A stretch of DNA of 24,376 nucleotides, from assembly GCA_032083825.1 (NCBI GenBank), contig DAMDNI010000015.1, positions 1-24,376 of the forward strand, read 5' to 3'. Every line of letters starts with the position of its first letter. Positions within the stretch are counted from its first letter, which is position 1. This stretch comes from Bergeyella sp. (lineage in GTDB: Bacteria; Bacteroidota; Bacteroidia; Flavobacteriales; Weeksellaceae). A model generated the notes under the pieces. That model did not search any database, was not told where the DNA came from, and was given only the letters and a program-made list of their open reading frames with translations. A program made the position numbers and the translations under genes. Positions 17,149 to 24,376 of the stretch are shown piece after piece.

Positions 17149-17361
17149 AGATATACAAAGATTTTTTATGATACTCAACTATAACAACAAATTCGTATTA
17201 TACCTGATTATCAATATTTTGATATTCTATAATCATCTAATAGGGTTCAGGAGAAAGAGCCTTATGGAGTACAAAACTGACATTCATTATATAAAAAATG
17301 TCCTGATTTTTCAGCGCAGACGTTCAAAAAAATCAAATGAAACTGAAGGACAATTTTTTCT

Positions 17362-17434
17362 TGCAGAAATGGCGAAACGGTAAACGCGCTTGATTTAGAA
17401 TCAAGATTTTGAGAGTTCGAATCTCTCTTTCTGT
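17362..17434 (+). tRNA. class-I (short variable arm) tRNA with anticodon TAG; Leu anticodon but non-Leu architecture
   Basis: Acceptor gcagaaa/tttctgt (G-U at 1-72). D stem gcga/acgc. Anticodon stem cttga/tcaag with loop ttTAGaa. 5-nt variable loop. T arm gagag-ttcgaat-ctctc. Discriminator a. Confidence 0.5.
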
Positions 17435-17441
17435 ACTACTT

Positions 17442-17514
17442 TGATTTGTAGTGTAATTGGATAGCACACAAGACTTTGACTCTTGTTGTTCAGGTTCGAA
17501 TCCTGACAAATCAA
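17442..17514 (+). tRNA. tRNA-Gln (anticodon TTG)
   Basis: Acceptor tgatttg/caaatca (U1-A72 as in bacterial tRNA-Gln). D stem gtgt/gcac. Anticodon stem caaga/tcttg with loop cTTTGac. T arm tcagg-ttcgaat-cctga. Confidence 0.75.
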
Positions 17515-17519
17515 CATTT

Positions 17520-17596
17520 GGATAAATGGTGTACAAGGTGTGGCACGTCAGACTGAAAATCTGAAGGTATTGGTTCGATTCCGATTTTATCCACCA
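17520..17596 (+). tRNA. tRNA-Phe (anticodon GAA), CCA encoded
   Basis: Acceptor ggataaa/tttatcc. Anticodon stem tcaga/tctga with loop ctGAAaa. T arm attgg-ttcgatt-ccgat. Discriminator a then cca. Confidence 0.8.
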
Positions 17597-17640
17597 AAAC
17601 AAAAAATGTAGAAATGACGTAGCATTTAAAATCAAAAAAA

Positions 17641-18126
17641 ATGGAAACACAACAAGAAATCTGGCAAAATTTAAAAGGAATATACTTCCGAAAACCTATT
17701 ACAGAATTGGTGGAAGAAGCCATCATCAGAGAACATGCTTTGGGAAATACACTTAAAGTGTGTATCGGTTCGGATTCTCATGTATATGGTGAAAGTATCC
17801 ATTATGCAACCGCTGTTGTGTTTATCCGAAAAGGAAAAGGTGCATTCACTTTTATCCGAAAACAAAAAGAAATTAAAACCATCAGCATCAAAGAACGAAT
17901 GTTGAACGAAGTCAATAAATCCGTAGAAATCGCATACACAATCTGCGAAATTCTAGAAAAATACAATATGGAGATGGAAGTTCATGCCGATATCAACACC
18001 GATCCTGATTTTAAATCCAATGCCGCGTTGAAAGATGCGATGGGATATATTTTAGGAATGGGATATACCTTCAAAGCAAAACCATATGCTTTTGCAAGCT
18101 CCAATTGTGCAGATTTGATTGTGTAA
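17641..18126 (+). CDS. YkuK-family (DUF458) RNase H-like fold protein
   Basis: 161 aa. KVCIGSDSHVYGESIHYATAVVF, MEVHADINTD and a C-terminal MGYTFKAKPYAFASSNCADLIV parallel the B. subtilis YkuK layout (GTDSQ...HIDVG...MGY..K.KP.SYAASS.AD) as I recall it. Confidence 0.65.
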   Translation: METQQEIWQNLKGIYFRKPITELVEEAIIREHALGNTLKVCIGSDSHVYGESIHYATAVVFIRKGKGAFTFIRKQKEIKTISIKERMLNEVNKSVEIAYTICEILEKYNMEMEVHADINTDPDFKSNAALKDAMGYILGMGYTFKAKPYAFASSNCADLIV

Positions 18127-18158
18127 TTAACAATTAAACAACTTAAAAATATAAAATT

Positions 18159-18479
18159 ATGAGACGAGAAGTATTACAAAGATTCCTTACCAATACAGAT
18201 GAAACCGGAAGATTCATTGTAAAATCTTCCGTCACAGGAATCACTTATTATATTGAACCACTTTACAGAGGAAAACCTTTGCAATGGGGAGATATTGATC
18301 CTGCTACAAAACAGCTTACCGGAAATTACGGAAGTAAAAATACTGGAGCTGTTATGGAAAAAGAATCTTTACTAACCAAAGAAAACGGTTTCGAAAATGT
18401 AGGATATTTCAAAGGAAGTCCTTTTGGAGAAATCGACAGACGAGATAAAGAACATGCAGAGAAAATGGGATTAGCATAA
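18159..18479 (+). CDS. hypothetical 106-aa protein
   Basis: ORF with plausible spacing (32 nt after YkuK stop). Its stop is 2 nt before the next gene's ATG. No recognisable motifs. Confidence 0.55.
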   Translation: MRREVLQRFLTNTDETGRFIVKSSVTGITYYIEPLYRGKPLQWGDIDPATKQLTGNYGSKNTGAVMEKESLLTKENGFENVGYFKGSPFGEIDRRDKEHAEKMGLA

Positions 18480-18481
18480 AA

Positions 18482-18784
18482 ATGAAAAAATTATTGTTCT
18501 TAGATGATATCAGGAATCCGATTGATGTTTTCGGATATACATTTAATCCATTGTTTCAAAATGATAATTGGATTATTGTAAGACGATTTCAAGATTTTAA
18601 AACTTGGATTACTGCAAACGGTTTACCTGATATCATTTCTTTCGACCATGATTTGGCGGATGGAAAAAATGAAAATGAAAAAACAGGTTACGATTGTGCA
18701 AAATGGTTGGTAGAATACTGCTTGAAACATAAAAAGTCTTGTCCTGATTTTATCTGCCATTCTATGAATCCTGTTGGAAAATAA
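18482..18784 (+). CDS. small receiver-like domain protein (resembles the family annotated as cyclic-phosphate processing receiver, CPR-like)
   Basis: 100 aa. MKKLLFLDDIR N-terminus, SFDHDLADG...GYDCAKWLVEY...HSMNPVGK pattern recalled from CPR/receiver-like small proteins. Assignment is from memory and needs HMM confirmation. Confidence 0.45.
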   Translation: MKKLLFLDDIRNPIDVFGYTFNPLFQNDNWIIVRRFQDFKTWITANGLPDIISFDHDLADGKNENEKTGYDCAKWLVEYCLKHKKSCPDFICHSMNPVGK

Positions 18785-18825
18785 AATATCGAAAAACTAT
18801 TAATACAATTTAAAAATTTAAAACA

Positions 18826-19377
18826 ATGAATACAACAGAAAATATATTAGTCCTCGATATTGAAGCAACTTGTTGGGAAAACAGCAAAGCAGCCCAAGGT
18901 CAGGAAAGTGAAATTATAGAAATAGGCGTTTGTCTACTCAACACAAAAACAGGAAAAATTTCTAAAAACGAAGGAATTTTAATAAAACCAATGTATTCAA
19001 AAGTCAGTCCGTTTTGTACGGAACTTACTTCCATAACTTCGGAAATGCTTCAAAAAGAAGGAATTTCTTTAGGAGATGCTTTTGATATTTTGAGGGACAA
19101 TTACGATTCTGAAAATTTAACTTGGGCAAGTTACGGAAATTATGACCTCACAATGCTGAAGAGACAAAGCGATCGATTTGGGGAAGATTATCCTTTTGCT
19201 TACGAGCATATTAATGTGAAAACGTTATTTGCAGAACTGCATCCAATCCGTAAAAGCGTTGGAATGGCAAGTGCATTGAAAGCATTAAATATTCCTTTAG
19301 AAGGAACGCATCACAGAGGTGTGGACGATGCTAAAAATATTGCAAAAATTCTTTTTTGGTGTTTAAATCAAAATTAA
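18826..19377 (+). CDS. DEDDh-family 3'-5' exonuclease (KapD/ERI-1/oligoribonuclease-like)
   Basis: Exo I LVLDIEATC (D-x-E), EIIEIG. Exo II YGNYD. Exo III HRGVDDAKN (H-x4-D). Confidence 0.8.
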   Translation: MNTTENILVLDIEATCWENSKAAQGQESEIIEIGVCLLNTKTGKISKNEGILIKPMYSKVSPFCTELTSITSEMLQKEGISLGDAFDILRDNYDSENLTWASYGNYDLTMLKRQSDRFGEDYPFAYEHINVKTLFAELHPIRKSVGMASALKALNIPLEGTHHRGVDDAKNIAKILFWCLNQN

Positions 19378-19383
19378 TTTTCA

Positions 19384-19416
19384 CTACGCAAAAAGATTGC
19401 GTAGATGTATTTTTAC
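19384..19416 (+). terminator. rho-independent terminator after the 4-gene cluster
   Basis: ctacgcaa-aaaga-ttgcgtag 8-bp stem followed by atgtattttt. Confidence 0.55.
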
Positions 19417-19638
19417 TTTGCATCAGAATTTGAAATCAACACTAAAATTAAGAAATAGTTTTAGTCAAAATATCAGACAAGTCTTGTTGAGTGTTTCTGT
19501 ACAACACCATTGCAGAACGTTTTGTTGAGAAACATCATTCGGTTTTGTTCAACTTGATTTGAAGGTTTGAGGATAACCAAAAATTCTCACTAAGTTCTAT
19601 GTATGGAGGTTCGAGTCCTCCCTGTGAAATCACAGTAG

Positions 19639-19707
19639 CTAAATTGGTATAGCAATGGAAATTTTAGGATGCGCAGGTTCGAATCCTGCTCTCAATTCGC
19701 TTGAGAT
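19639..19707 (+). tRNA. degenerate tRNA-like module: acceptor, canonical D arm and T arm but no proper anticodon arm
   Basis: atcacag-ta-gcta-aattggta-tagc D arm and gcagg-ttcgaat-cctgc T arm. The 3' acceptor tctcaat does not pair with the 5' strand. Middle region lacks a 5-bp anticodon stem. Confidence 0.25.
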
Positions 19708-19709
19708 AA

Positions 19710-19787
19710 CTCAGTTGGTTAGAGTACTACGCTTTTACCGTAGATCCGAAATAGACTCAAAATCTATTTCTCCGAGTTTCATATTTC
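19710..19787 (+). tRNA. tRNA-Lys(TTT)-like with aberrant T arm (probable pseudo-tRNA)
   Basis: cttgaga-ta-actc-agttggtta-gagt-a-ctacg-cTTTTac-cgtag is a textbook 5' two-thirds. The T arm is replaced by aatag-actcaaaat-ctatt (no TTCRA). 3' acceptor tctccgag matches only imperfectly. Confidence 0.3.
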
Positions 19788-20144
19788 TCTAAAAAATATG
19801 ACCATTAGGGAAAAACAATGCTTTTGTCAGTTGTTCAATCCACACTCTGAAAAAGCCTGAAAATGAAATTTTTCCGAAAAATGAATTTTAAATAACTAAT
19901 GAATAGAAAAAAGATAAAATTTTGAATGAAAATTGAAATTGATTGAATACGAAAAAAAACGCGAGCGAAGCGAGCGTCGATAAAACGTACTGATTTCATT
20001 TCCTTTTTAAGTTTAAAAAACATCCGATTTCTACATTATTTTTTAAAACTCAAAATTTCACAGAACATTTCATTTCCGCCAAATTCAGAAGATAAAAACA
20101 CTGTTTTTCCTTTTTTTTAATTGAATAAAAAAAATATAGAAATC

Positions 20145-21242
20145 ATGATCAATAACGTAAAAATTAAAACCTATCAAAAAGGTCTTGTCTTCAAAGATCG
20201 AAAATTAATCGACATTTTAAACGAAGGCCAATATTGGATTTTCGGAAACAAAAAAGTACACATCCACGAAATGATTTTACCATTAATCAACGGAGAAGAC
20301 AACAACCTTTTATTGAAAAATGAAAATCTTGCCGATGTATTGGAAATCGTTGAAGTTCAAGATAACGAAATCGTTCTTTTATACGAAAAAGGAATCTTCA
20401 AAGATGTTTTAAAAACCGGACAATACGCATATTGGAAAGGAATCATCGAACGAAACTTCGTAAAAATCGATTTGAATAAAGTGGAAATCACCGAAAACAT
20501 TTCGAATTCTATTTTAGAGAACAACAAACTTCATGCATATGTTCGGAAAATTGTTGTTGCGAATCAATACAGAGGTTTATTGTTTGTGGACGGAAAGTTA
20601 GAAAAGGTTTTAGAAGCCGGTTCTTATTATTTTTGGAATAACTCCATCGGAATTGAAATTCGTTCCGTTGATACCCGAATCCAACAAATGGAAATCGCCG
20701 GTCAGGAATTGTTAACCAAAGATAAAGCCAATTTGCGTTTGAATTTTCAAACTCGTTTCCAGATAACAGATGCGGTAAAAGCATTAACCGGAAACAAAGA
20801 ATACGACAAACAATTGTATACTTTGATGCAATTAGCACTTCGTGAATACGTTGGAAAATTAACTTTGGACGAATTGCTTGCCAACAAAGAAAGCGTGGGT
20901 TCAGAAGTTTTAAATTCCATTGGAAATAAAGCTGAAGAATTAGGTTTAAAAATCAGCGATGCCGGAATTCGAGACATTATTTTAACTGGAGAAATGAAAG
21001 ACATCATGAATCAGGTTTTGATTGCCGAAAAGAAAGCACAAGCCAATTCCATCATGCGTCGTGAAGAAACTGCTGCAACCCGAAGCATGTTGAACACCGC
21101 AAAAATGATGGAAGAAAACGAAGTTCTTTGGAAGTTAAAAGAAATGGAATACATGGAAAAAATCGCCGACAAAATTGGAGATATCACCGTTTCCGGAAAT
21201 TCTAATATCGTCACTCAATTGAAGGAAATCTTCACCAAATAA
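20145..21242 (+). CDS. SPFH/band-7 (stomatin/flotillin-like) domain protein with N-terminal triplicated beta-rich repeat
   Basis: C-terminal half RKIVVANQYRGLLFVDGKLEKVLEAGSYYFW...LRLNFQTRFQITDAVKALTGN...LALREYVGKLTLDELLANKESV...LGLKISDAGIRDIILTGEMKDIMNQVLIAEKKAQAN is SPFH-like. ATG at 20145 preferred over the upstream TTG. Confidence 0.8.
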   Translation: MINNVKIKTYQKGLVFKDRKLIDILNEGQYWIFGNKKVHIHEMILPLINGEDNNLLLKNENLADVLEIVEVQDNEIVLLYEKGIFKDVLKTGQYAYWKGIIERNFVKIDLNKVEITENISNSILENNKLHAYVRKIVVANQYRGLLFVDGKLEKVLEAGSYYFWNNSIGIEIRSVDTRIQQMEIAGQELLTKDKANLRLNFQTRFQITDAVKALTGNKEYDKQLYTLMQLALREYVGKLTLDELLANKESVGSEVLNSIGNKAEELGLKISDAGIRDIILTGEMKDIMNQVLIAEKKAQANSIMRREETAATRSMLNTAKMMEENEVLWKLKEMEYMEKIADKIGDITVSGNSNIVTQLKEIFTK

Positions 21243-21246
21243 AAGT

Positions 21247-21268
21247 TCCCGTCCTCATAAGAGGACGG
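21247..21268. terminator. bidirectional terminator between convergent genes
   Basis: cccgtcctc-ataa-gaggacggg is a perfect 9-bp GC-rich stem. Confidence 0.55.
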
Positions 21269-21294
21269 GAATTGGTTTAGATATATTTTATTAT

Positions 21295-21822
21295 TTACAA
21301 TTTCGTGATTTTAGAATCATTAATGTTGTAATATTTGATAACGCTATTGTAATCTTCATAGTTTACACTAGAATTTTTACCAAAAGAAGCTGGAATCAAA
21401 ACCACTCTGAATGTCTGATTATTCAAATATTGATTTTTGAAAGCACTATCCTGAGCAGTTAAATTAAAATCAGCATCCGCATAAATTTGCACATCGTTTA
21501 CCGTAAAATCAAAATGATAATCCATCGTACCTGTTGATCCGAAATAGTATGTTTTTGGCAAAAGTTTCCAGACTGCAGTCCCGCTGGAAGAATCCTGTCT
21601 GTAAATCAAAACTACATCACTGTTGTATAACGGGCTTGTAAATTCTTTGTAAATTCCGTAAACATAATCCACGTTATTAGGATTTGTGCTATTGACAAAA
21701 TTTTCACGGATATCTAAAACAACAGGATAAGTATCATTGTCAGTTCTGTTATCATCGTCATCGCAGCTTACAACAAACATAGCAAGCAATCCGAGAATCA
21801 TTAGGGAGAAAAACTTTTTCAT
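21295..21822 (-). CDS. hypothetical lipoprotein
   Basis: MKKFFSLMILGLLAMFVVSCDDDD has a lipobox VVSC followed by an acidic linker. Start at internal Met (21822) rather than the longest ORF. Confidence 0.65.
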   Translation of the reverse strand: MKKFFSLMILGLLAMFVVSCDDDDNRTDNDTYPVVLDIRENFVNSTNPNNVDYVYGIYKEFTSPLYNSDVVLIYRQDSSSGTAVWKLLPKTYYFGSTGTMDYHFDFTVNDVQIYADADFNLTAQDSAFKNQYLNNQTFRVVLIPASFGKNSSVNYEDYNSVIKYYNINDSKITKL

Positions 21823-21956
21823 AATTTTAATTTTATTTAGTTTATATTGGGTTATCGATAATTTTAGGGTATTCAAATCACATACCAATTTTTAGATAGC
21901 ATCTTGCTGCAAAGGTTAAATTTGTATTTTTGCGGAAACAACCTTAAATAAGTAAA

Positions 21957-23690
21957 ATGAAATTTTTCTTCTCATTTCTGATTACATTATCGGTCGCAAA
22001 TATATTAAAAGCCCAGTACCAACCCAAAAACATTTCTGATGCAGAAGTAAAAAAAGCAAAAGATTGGGTAAACAAAACGTATAATACTCTTTCTCAGGAC
22101 GAAAAATTAGGACAGCTGTTTATCGTTGCCTTATATACGAATAAAGGGGAAGAGTTTATTAATCAGATTAGGAATATTGTGGTAAACGATAAAATTGGCG
22201 GACTCATCCTCATGCAGGACGATGCAGCTCAGGAAATCGATCTGGTGAACGAATTCCAGAACAAATCGAAAGTCCCCTTAATGATTGGAATGGATGCTGA
22301 ATGGGGAGTTTTCCAGCGCATCGCTACTGCCCACAAATTTCCCTGGGCAATTACTCTGGGAGCTATTCAGGATAAAAAATTAATTTACGAAATGGCTCAG
22401 AAAATTGCGGAAGACTGCAAAAGAATGGGTATCAATTGGAATTTTGCACCTGTTGTAGATGTAAATACGAATCCGAATAATCCGATTATCGGAAACAGAA
22501 GTTTTGGTTCTGATGTTCAGAACGTCATTCATTCTGCTTTATCATATTCAAATGGTTTGCAGGACTCAAACGTTTTGGCTGCTATTAAGCATTTTCCCGG
22601 GCATGGCGATACCGATACCGATTCGCATCTTGATTTACCAATGATTTCTCATAATCCGGAAAGATTAAACTCCATAGAAATTGCACCTTTCAAAGCTTTA
22701 ATGGATAAAGGAATTGGCGGTGTAATGGTTGCGCATTTATACGTTCCCGCTTTGGAAAATGAAAAAGGAATTCCGGCTTCCGTTTCCAAAAAAATCATTA
22801 CCGGGCTTTTAAAAGAAAAACTGGGGTATAAAGGCCTAATTATTACAGATGCTTTAAATATGGGAGCTGTTGCCAATAAATACAAACCTGGAGAGTTGGA
22901 CGCTTTAGCTTTTAAAGCCGGAAATGATATTATGCTTTTTTCGCAAGGAGTTGCAGAAGGCAAAAAATTTATTCAGAAAGCGATTGATAATAGAGAAATC
23001 TCACAGGACAGAGTGGAAGAAAGCGTAAAAAAAATTCTTCTTACAAAATATTATTTAGGACTTACGAAATATGAAAACCGAAATCCGGAAAACATCAATT
23101 CGGATCTCAATAATGATTCTCATAAAAAATTGGTACAAAACCTTTATTCCAATGCATTGACTTTACTGAAAGATGAAAAAAAACTTCTTCCGCTCAACTG
23201 CAAAGAGATCTATTATTACGTCCCGCTAGAAGAAGCTTCTTATGAAACTTTTCTACAACAGCTAAATTTAGGAACAACGGTGATTATTAAAAAAGCTTCC
23301 GAAATTTCAGAAATCCCTGCAAATTCCAAAGTAATTGTAGGCTTTCATAAAGACAATTCCACAGCTTACAAACCTTATAAAATTTCGGACGGAAGCAAGA
23401 AAGTTTTATCTGATCTAAGCAAAAAACAAAACGTGATTCTGGATGTTTTCGGATCACCGTATGCTTTGAAAGATCTGGATATTTCCACAATCTCTACAGT
23501 TTTAGTTTCTTATGAAAATAATGATGGTGCGATGATTGCAACAGCAAATGCTCTGAATGGGAAGACTAAGATTTCAGGAAGGCTTCCTGTTTTAGTAAAC
23601 GAGAATTTAACATTCGGAATGGGAATAGATTTAAACTCAACACAAAAAATCTCATCCGAATCATATTCGTCTAAAACAAAGATTGAATAA
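21957..23690 (+). CDS. glycoside hydrolase family 3 N-terminal domain protein (beta-N-acetylhexosaminidase, NagZ-like) with C-terminal extension
   Basis: Signal peptide. GH3 motifs IGGLIL, KHFPGHGDTDTDSH, GVMVAH, KGLIITDALNMGAV. Confidence 0.85.
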   Translation: MKFFFSFLITLSVANILKAQYQPKNISDAEVKKAKDWVNKTYNTLSQDEKLGQLFIVALYTNKGEEFINQIRNIVVNDKIGGLILMQDDAAQEIDLVNEFQNKSKVPLMIGMDAEWGVFQRIATAHKFPWAITLGAIQDKKLIYEMAQKIAEDCKRMGINWNFAPVVDVNTNPNNPIIGNRSFGSDVQNVIHSALSYSNGLQDSNVLAAIKHFPGHGDTDTDSHLDLPMISHNPERLNSIEIAPFKALMDKGIGGVMVAHLYVPALENEKGIPASVSKKIITGLLKEKLGYKGLIITDALNMGAVANKYKPGELDALAFKAGNDIMLFSQGVAEGKKFIQKAIDNREISQDRVEESVKKILLTKYYLGLTKYENRNPENINSDLNNDSHKKLVQNLYSNALTLLKDEKKLLPLNCKEIYYYVPLEEASYETFLQQLNLGTTVIIKKASEISEIPANSKVIVGFHKDNSTAYKPYKISDGSKKVLSDLSKKQNVILDVFGSPYALKDLDISTISTVLVSYENNDGAMIATANALNGKTKISGRLPVLVNENLTFGMGIDLNSTQKISSESYSSKTKIE

Positions 23691-23775
23691 TTCTAAAACA
23701 AATTCAAACAAACCAATATAGTTTTTGCTACATTTAAGCAATCAAAAATTGAACTGAACCTCTCATAAACCTACA

Positions 23776-24376
23776 AATGAAAATCGGAATTCTCTGTTAT
23801 CCAACATACGGCGGAAGCGGCATCGTCGCAACCGAATTAGGAATGTCGCTGGCCGAAAAGGGCTACGAAGTACATTTCATCTCCAACAATCTTCCGGCGA
23901 GATTAGACATTACAAACCCCAATATTTTCTTCCATAAAGTAAATGTTCAGACCTATCCTTTGTTTCAGTATCAGCCTTATGATATTGCACTTTCTTCGAT
24001 GATTTATCGGGTGGTGAATCTGTATAAGCTGGATCTTCTTCATGCACATTATGCAATTCCTTATGCTTATGCAGCATTTACTGCAAAACAGATGCTCAAA
24101 GAAGAAGGCAAAGATATTCCGTTGGTAACTACACTTCACGGAACTGATATCACTTTGGTCGGGCAGCATCCAAGCTACAAACATGCCGTAGAATTTTCTA
24201 TTAATCAATCAGATACAATTACTTCAGTTTCTGAAAGTCTTAAGAAAGATACCTTGCAATTTTTCCATATCAAAAAACCAATTGAAGTCATTACTAATTT
24301 TATTGATAATTCTGAGTTTGCGGAATGCCGCGAATGCAACCGTACCCAGTTTGCACAGCCTGATGAGAAAATACTA
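23776..24376 (+). CDS. bshA: N-acetyl-alpha-D-glucosaminyl L-malate synthase BshA (GT4 glycosyltransferase), 3' end beyond window
   Basis: MKIGILCYPTYGGSGIVATELGMSLAEKGYEVHFIS... matches BshA N-terminus (MKIGITCYP..GGSGVV.TELG..LA..GHE.HFI). ORF open to the window end. Confidence 0.75.

Noticed and set aside
290-17434. Idea that the tRNA-Glu-like fragment (left) and the tRNA(TAG) (right) are attL/attR duplicates of one target tRNA
   Set aside because: Their anticodon arms, T arms and acceptor strands are different sequences, so they are not a direct-repeat pair. Only the acacccaa motifs are shared between the ends.
17168-17865. ORFs 17168-17383, 17333-17650, 17511-17726 and 17671-17865 around the tRNA genes
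   Set aside because: They overlap the three tRNA genes or run antisense to the YkuK-like gene. Translations are non-protein-like.
19611-19787. tmRNA (including two-piece/permuted form) as an explanation for the T-arm/acceptor pieces
   Set aside because: No tmRNA-like 5' end (GGGGCUGAUUCUGGAUUCGAC-type), no tag-peptide reading frame with resume codon, no pseudoknot-sized body. Modules are tRNA-sized.
19835-20023. 62-aa minus-strand ORF and GC-rich gcgagcgaagcgagcg island in the AT-rich gap before the SPFH gene
   Set aside because: ORF is Phe/Ile/Lys low-complexity typical of AT-rich noise. The GC island is too short to interpret. Retained only as a note under the SPFH leader.
20509-24208. 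Antisense ORFs within SPFH, GH3 and bshA genes (20509-20838, 20747-21007, 21011-21214, 22649-22963, 23287-23490, 23903-24208)
   Set aside because: Opposite strand of genes with clear family signatures. No features of real proteins.

Overview
Low-GC Bacteroidota-type sequence (Flavobacteriia/Chryseobacterium-like, judged from a T9SS C-terminal sorting domain, CTnDOT-style integrase and mobilization genes, and a BshA homologue). Reading left to right: (1) a tRNA cluster at 1-361 (partial tRNA, tRNA-Asn, aberrant tRNA-Pro-like, tRNA-Glu-like 3' fragment). (2) A ~16.7 kb integrated mobilizable element (~400-17150) transcribed almost entirely on the minus strand. It carries a tyrosine integrase, a coiled-coil hypothetical, an excisionase-like HTH, a P-loop ATPase, a frameshifted toprim primase, a MobV-type relaxase with oriT-like inverted repeats, and a cargo operon. 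The cargo operon encodes a T9SS-sorted beta-propeller protein, a large YD-repeat protein, an RHS polymorphic toxin with a glycine-zipper C-terminal domain, and a small immunity candidate. A 5'-truncated XRE regulator remnant sits at the left edge. Short 'acacccaa' direct repeats near both ends are candidate att/arm sites. (3) A second tRNA set (odd class-I tRNA with TAG anticodon, tRNA-Gln, tRNA-Phe). (4) A compact 4-gene plus-strand cluster: YkuK-like RNase-H-fold protein, 106-aa unknown, receiver-like small protein, DEDDh 3'-5' exonuclease. It is bracketed by real tRNAs on one side and degenerate tRNA-like modules on the other, which I flag as a candidate undescribed RNA-end processing system. 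(5) Housekeeping genes (SPFH protein, lipoprotein, GH3 hexosaminidase, partial bshA). All calls rest on reading the ORF translations and sequence by eye; no searches were run.
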